Assembly (NCBI GenBank): GCA_964016885.1 | Contig: OZ024741.1 | Location: 229,586,001 to 229,650,000, forward strand | DNA: 64,000 nt | Direction: 5' to 3' | Source: Eledone cirrhosa | Lineage: Eukaryota | Shown: positions 58,636 through 64,000 of the stretch, one piece after another | Numbering within the stretch: the first letter of the stretch is position 1 | How the letters are laid out: the number at the start of each line of letters is the position of its first letter | Notes under the pieces: model-generated | What the model saw: only the letters and a program-made list of their open reading frames with translations | Database searches by the model: none | What the model was told of the DNA's origin: nothing | Position numbers and translations under genes: made by a program

Positions 58636-58704
<69 letters not shown>

Positions 58705-58792
58705 GCGGTCAAGACGGTGTGAGCTCAACCGTCGAGCAAGTATCAAGTATTTAGCTAAACACAGTTTTACTAGTCCAAACTGGTAACTCCCA

Positions 58793-58859
<67 letters not shown>

Positions 58860-58861
<2 letters not shown>

Positions 58862-59448
58862 AGGTCACCAGTTGGTGCTGCTGGTAAAATGTATCCCAGT
58901 ACAACCTGTCCCATGGTCGAGTCGTTGGCAACTAAACTGGCAACCCCACCAAGGTTTCTTGGTGAGGAGGGTGACTTAGGACATCCTGCAGGACTAAAAA
59001 CAAAACCTGTCAAAGGGCAAAGGAGCACTTAAGAGTCAATGGCCATCCAAAATCACCGGGAGAGATGACCCCTTAGCCTTTGTTAAGGTAGAATTCTTGG
59101 AGAAGGAAAACTCTGATATAACACCTGCAACCCTGATGGTATCCAATGATGTTGACTTGTTCTTCTTTTTGGTAAATATCATCTTGGTTAAGAGAGTGGG
59201 ACTGGCTTTGTGCAGTGCCTTTGCTCACTATAAAAGCTTCACGACACAGGCATTGCTTTATATCTGGAGATCTCTCTGCACTTGTCGTCACATGGTACTA
59301 TGTGTCAATAATTGTCACAAGTCTAGTGTTTGTACCAGAATTTTCAAGTCGCTGGCTGGACTAAAACGTCACACTCGTTCAGCGCATCGGTAGGGGTTCT
59401 CCTACATGGATATGGTAGTGGCCGTACTCGAAAACGAGTTGGCAGCCA

Positions 59449-59450
<2 letters not shown>
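58860..59450. mobile_element. Degenerate RTE-like LINE fragments
   Basis: Plus-strand C2H2-like tail VCTRIFKSLAGLKRHTRSAH; the minus-strand 58860-59070 assignment to an RTE 5' region is from memory of such sequences only. Confidence 0.45.
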
Positions 59451-59522
<72 letters not shown>

Positions 59523-59792
59523 CAGGAAAGAAGGGTGACATGGTTTGCTATACAATAAGGGCTTTATTCACATTGCTGACAATTGTTTCTTTGATCTGGT
59601 AGGTCTAGAGTTCGCTACTCGCTTGATGTTGCGTTAATCGATCACCAATACTTTGTTTATAACCAGTCGTTTTCATCAGAGCACGCGAAAGTGAAGAAGA
59701 TACACAAGGCATGGCTTTTATAGAGGAGTGGTATTAAACCATAACAATAATATCAATAATAAAATAATTAGATACTGAATTGTTAAAATAAT

Positions 59793-59955
59793 TGTTTCTA
59801 CTTTTGGCACAAGGCCAGCTATTAATCAGTGCATTAATGGTACTCTATTTTATCGACCCCGTAAGGATGAAAGGCAAAGTTAACCTCGGCGGCATTTCAA
59901 CTCAGTCCGCAAAGCATAGCGACCGACCCTCTACCTATACTGCCAATCCTCCGCC
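59793..59955 (-). mobile_element. Nin/Deu-domain tRNA SINE copy (most complete head, GGCGGAGGATTGGCAGTA)
   Basis: TSD CTGAATWGTTAAAATAAT (59775-59792 / 59956-59973); absent from the homologous arms at ~60155 and ~63940. Confidence 0.85.
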
Positions 59956-60649
59956 CTGAATAGTTAAAATAATAACATCAATATAAGTAATAAATAGAGT
60001 ATAATGATGAATCTAGCATATTAAACGAACTGATATGATACAGATGTATGAAATTGACATGTGAAAACTGCTATAGGGTACATTAGATAACTGATAAAAT
60101 GTACTTGGAGTCTAGATTTATCGTTATACTCTATTTCTTAATTATATTGTTGTTATTATTTTAACTATTCAGTATCTAGTTATTTTATTATTGATATTAT
60201 TGTTCTAGTTTAATACCACTCTTCTATAAAAGCCATGCCTTGTGTATTTTCTTCACTTTCGCATGCTCTGATGAAAACGACTGGTTATAAACAAAGTATT
60301 GGAGATCGATTGACGCAACATCAAGCGAGTAGCGAACTCTAGACCTACCAAATCAAAGAAACAATTATCAGCAATGTAAATAAAGCCCTTATTATATAGC
60401 AAACAATGTCACTCTTCTTTCTTGAATGATTATTATTCCAATTAAAAACTACATAGAAATCACCGCGAACTCGCAGCATCACTATGGAAACATCTTGTTG
60501 AGTCAAACTAAGCCACACGTTAATACCATCCACTACACGGAGTACTCTAACTGGGCTACATCTAAGTGGACTGCCTATAACGATAACCTGTTATCCCGTA
60601 TACATAGCTCCCACCTGGTTGAGCAACAACATTAACGCACGGCAACAAC

Positions 60650-63052
60650 ATGGTAAAGCACCATATAGGCATGTCACTGAAAAACATACCTATACCTACA
60701 AATAAGGACTATACACTAGGCATGATACAACGGAATAATGATTTCATCCGCCGAATCCGATGGAAGGCTGACCACTACGACAAAAGACCCGCTAATAACA
60801 CCGGAGAATTTACTAAAGAGAATTACGGATTCAAATCCTGCAAAAACCCTCCAAATAACCCGACACACGATGCCTTAGAGCTGGACCTTATGAATATGAT
60901 AAGTGGAACTAAGTTCAAAAAACGAACACATCATAGCAAATTACAAAATGACATCAATACAGTACTAAAAACTAAGAAGCACCAACGGTATCATAGTAAA
61001 AGCAGACAAAACATCAAACGTATATACTATGGACCTTAATACATACAATAATTTCATTCGACGTGAATTGCACAAAAAATACAAAAAAAAAACAAATGAA
61101 TCTACACTCACTAGCATTAATAAGGAAGGTCTAAGCATAGTAAAAAAAAACTGAAAATATCCGACAGAACCGAACCTCTAACCCCATGCAACCCCACATT
61201 TAACCTTAAGGATCACAAAAATTATTTTGAAACAAACCCCACTATTAGATTAATATGCCCATCCAAGTCGGATATCGGTAAAATTAGCAAGAACATTCTA
61301 GATAGGGTAATCGCACAAATTAAGGGAAAACTAGAAATCAATTTATGGGGTAACACTAACGAAGCAATTGAATGGTTCAATAGAATAAGAAATAGAGAAA
61401 CATATAACTTCATACAATTTGACATAAATGATTACTACGCATCCATATCCCCAGTCACCCGAGATAAAGCGCTAATATTTGCCCAAAATAACTCGGACCT
61501 TACCCCAGATCAAATTAAAATAATACTAGCTGCTAGAAGGACTATCATAAAATTTGAAAATAGCTACGGGGAAAGAAAAAATAGGATGAATAGTTTCGAT
61601 ATCACAATGGAATCGAACGACTCAGCGCAAATAACGGATGTTGTGGGGATATTTATAGCACACAACCTACATAAAGAATTTAATAACCTCCAAGGAGGAA
61701 TTTATAGAGATGACACGCTCCTTATAGCTAGGAACTTAAATAACCAGAGCATGGACAGATTACGAAAAAACATTAGAACATTCTTCAAAGAACTAGGCCT
61801 AGATATTACTTATGAACTGAATTCTAAAAAAGCAAACTTTCTAGACGTAACTCTAAACCTAAGCACGGGATTAATAGAACCCTTCCACAAAAATAATGAG
61901 AATCTAGCATACATTAGTTATAACTCAAACCACCCCGATCCATAATTAACTCCATAGCACGTAGTATATCCCTTAGAATATCCCGCTTATCTTCAAACCA
62001 AGACATTTTAAAAGAACATGCTAATTATTATAACGCAGCATTACATAGGGCTGGACACAAAGAAAAGCTACAGTTTATAACAGATAAGGACAACACAAAC
62101 AAACCCATTAACACCAACACCAACCGCTCATACAAAAATAAAGGTAACTGGACTAGACATAGAACTAAGCAAGTAGCACCTAGAGTAGGAGGACTGAACA
62201 CGAATAATGGAAACCCTAGAAACTATAGAAGAACTAGAGAAAGAAAATACCTATGGTTTAACCCGATCTTCAACTCCTCTATAACAACTAAACTGCCTTC
62301 TACGTTTTTTAAACTAATAGATAAGCACTTCCCTACATCGCATAGATATCATAAAATCTTCAATAGAAAAACTATAAAACTTTCATACTCTACTGCTGCC
62401 AACATTGAATCGCACATACGCAAGATCAACCACAAGAATACTTCTAGGAAAGCTATCCCACCTATACGCAACATAGCACCAAACACTAAACAAACACATT
62501 ACCGTATCACAACCACAAACGCACAGGAACACACCACAGCAAAACTTCAATAGGCATGAATCACAACCCACATATAACATTTTTCAAAACCGCAATGTGA
62601 AAGCTGCACGGAATAATACTTCAAACTGCAATTGTCACCTACCAGATAAGTGCCCATTAGCGAATAGCTGTCTTGATTCTGGCCTAGTGTACATGTGTAC
62701 TGTAAACTCGGGCAACTCCACTTGGCACTACATTGGATCCACCGCGGGTGTTTTTAAAAAAAGATGGTATGAGCACAGACATTCAACGAAGAACCGTGCA
62801 CTGGTAAATTCTACAACCCTCGCCAATAAAATCTGGCAACTTAAGGACAAAAACCTTGATTACAATATTAGCTGGTCGAAATTAGCGGCTGCTAAGGCCT
62901 ATAGCAGCGGTATGTCCTATCGCGGGCTCTGCAACATTGAATTGCTACATATGTTAAGCAACGATAAGATGCTACTCAACGGCAAAATAAAAAGGTCAAT
63001 TTTCTGCAGATATAGGATTGCTACAAAATTCGCGAGATTTAAACCACCGTGA
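60650..63052 (+). pseudogene. PLE RT-GIY-YIG polyprotein, frameshifted
   Basis: SLKNIPIP, IRRIRWKA, IRLICPSKSDIG, IQFDI, GIYRDD, NFLDVTLNL, NCNCHLPDKCPLANSCL, HYIGSTAGVFKKRWYEH. Confidence 0.92.
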
Positions 63053-64000
63053 TTCCCAACCAGCAACCCCTATATTAAGGGAAAATCACTTAGCATTCAA
63101 CAGATGAAATCCACATTCTCACACAGCCCACTACAGAACCATAATCTTCTATAAACACCTTCTGGCCTCCCTAAATCTATACCACTAGGATGGGGCAGTA
63201 ATGTCTACAACTATCTTAATAAGCCCATAAATCAATCCCATTTGCTGTTGTTTACTCCTTCGGACCAAACAATTATATCTACGTATCTCACATTAGCACT
63301 CATGATCTCTAACAGATGAACTTAATTCTAAGTACATTATCCTATTACTCTTACACTCCTTGAAATCTTATTTTCCTCTTATTATTATTATTATGATCAT
63401 CTCAATGTATCCCTAATATTATTTATCATGTTCTCTATCTACCATGCATATTTTACTATTTTATTACTTTTATTGTCTCTATTATTGTTGCTATTATTGT
63501 CTTATTTATAGACTATTTGTTATTGATGTTGTGAAAACTAAACCCCCATGATTCAAACTAACAATCGCAACTTTTAGAATAGGCCACTTAAATAACGAAT
63601 CTACAACTTCACTTAACACCACATAAAAACTATATATTTCTTTGCAGCCACACTATCATTCTGACTAAATTAATACAACGAAAATGTTTATCTGTCAAAC
63701 AATAAATAAATCTCCGGTGTATTGTCAGCGTGCCTTCAGACCTACAGCAAACGCTTATACCTCATAAATCCGCTTATACCTCATACATTTTATCAGTTAT
63801 CTCTTCACCACCTTAACACTACATCTAATGTACCCTATAGGAGTTTTCACATGTCAATTTCATATATCTGTATCATATCAGTTCGTTTAATATGCTAGAT
63901 TCATCATTATACTCTATTTCTTAATTATATTGATGTTATTATTTTAACTATTCAGTATCTAGTTATTTTATTATTGATATTATTTTTCTGGTTTAATACC

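Larger units (their letters stand above)
59520..64000 (+). mobile_element. Full-length Naiad-type PLE running off the window end, with inverted and direct 5' pLTR pieces
   Basis: 59520-60103 is inverted relative to 60112-60426 and 63785-64000; coding 60650-63052. Confidence 0.9.

Noticed and set aside
60255-60340. Hammerhead in the pLTR of the 59520-64000 element
   Set aside because: CTGATGA and a plausible stem I are present, but neither arm has GAAA or stem III (GACG / TAAC), so it was not called.

Overview
AT-rich animal DNA with no recognisable host gene; a cephalopod/octopus-like origin is only my inference from the SINE types and (TA)n density. The window is almost entirely nested transposable elements separated by (TA)n/(TG)n tracts. 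The main component is about 15 Penelope-like retroelement (PLE) insertions or remnants. Most coding ones are Naiad-type (RT with YRDD, CxCx5C linker, C-terminal GIY-YIG) and all carry disrupting mutations. Most PLE 3' ends carry a type I hammerhead ribozyme (HHR) that I folded by eye (about 11 sequence families), sit in (TA)n, and often form inverted fold-back structures. Highlights: (i) an ORF-less, highly structured 469-bp HHR tandem unit (retrozyme/circRNA candidate, 25.1-26.5 kb) and a second ~674-bp candidate at 49.8-50.8 kb; (ii) HHR core variants conserved in three copies each (U3:A8 'UUGAGAA' and U4A 'CAGAAGA'); (iii) junctions suggesting a circular RNA template and cDNA self-priming at HHR stem II. 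Also present are a RepHel Helitron with two 3' termini, a Chapaev3-type DNA transposon with TIRs and TAA TSD, tRNA-derived SINEs, RTE, CRE and pogo remnants, and tandem repeats. All structures and coordinates were derived manually; nothing was computed or searched.
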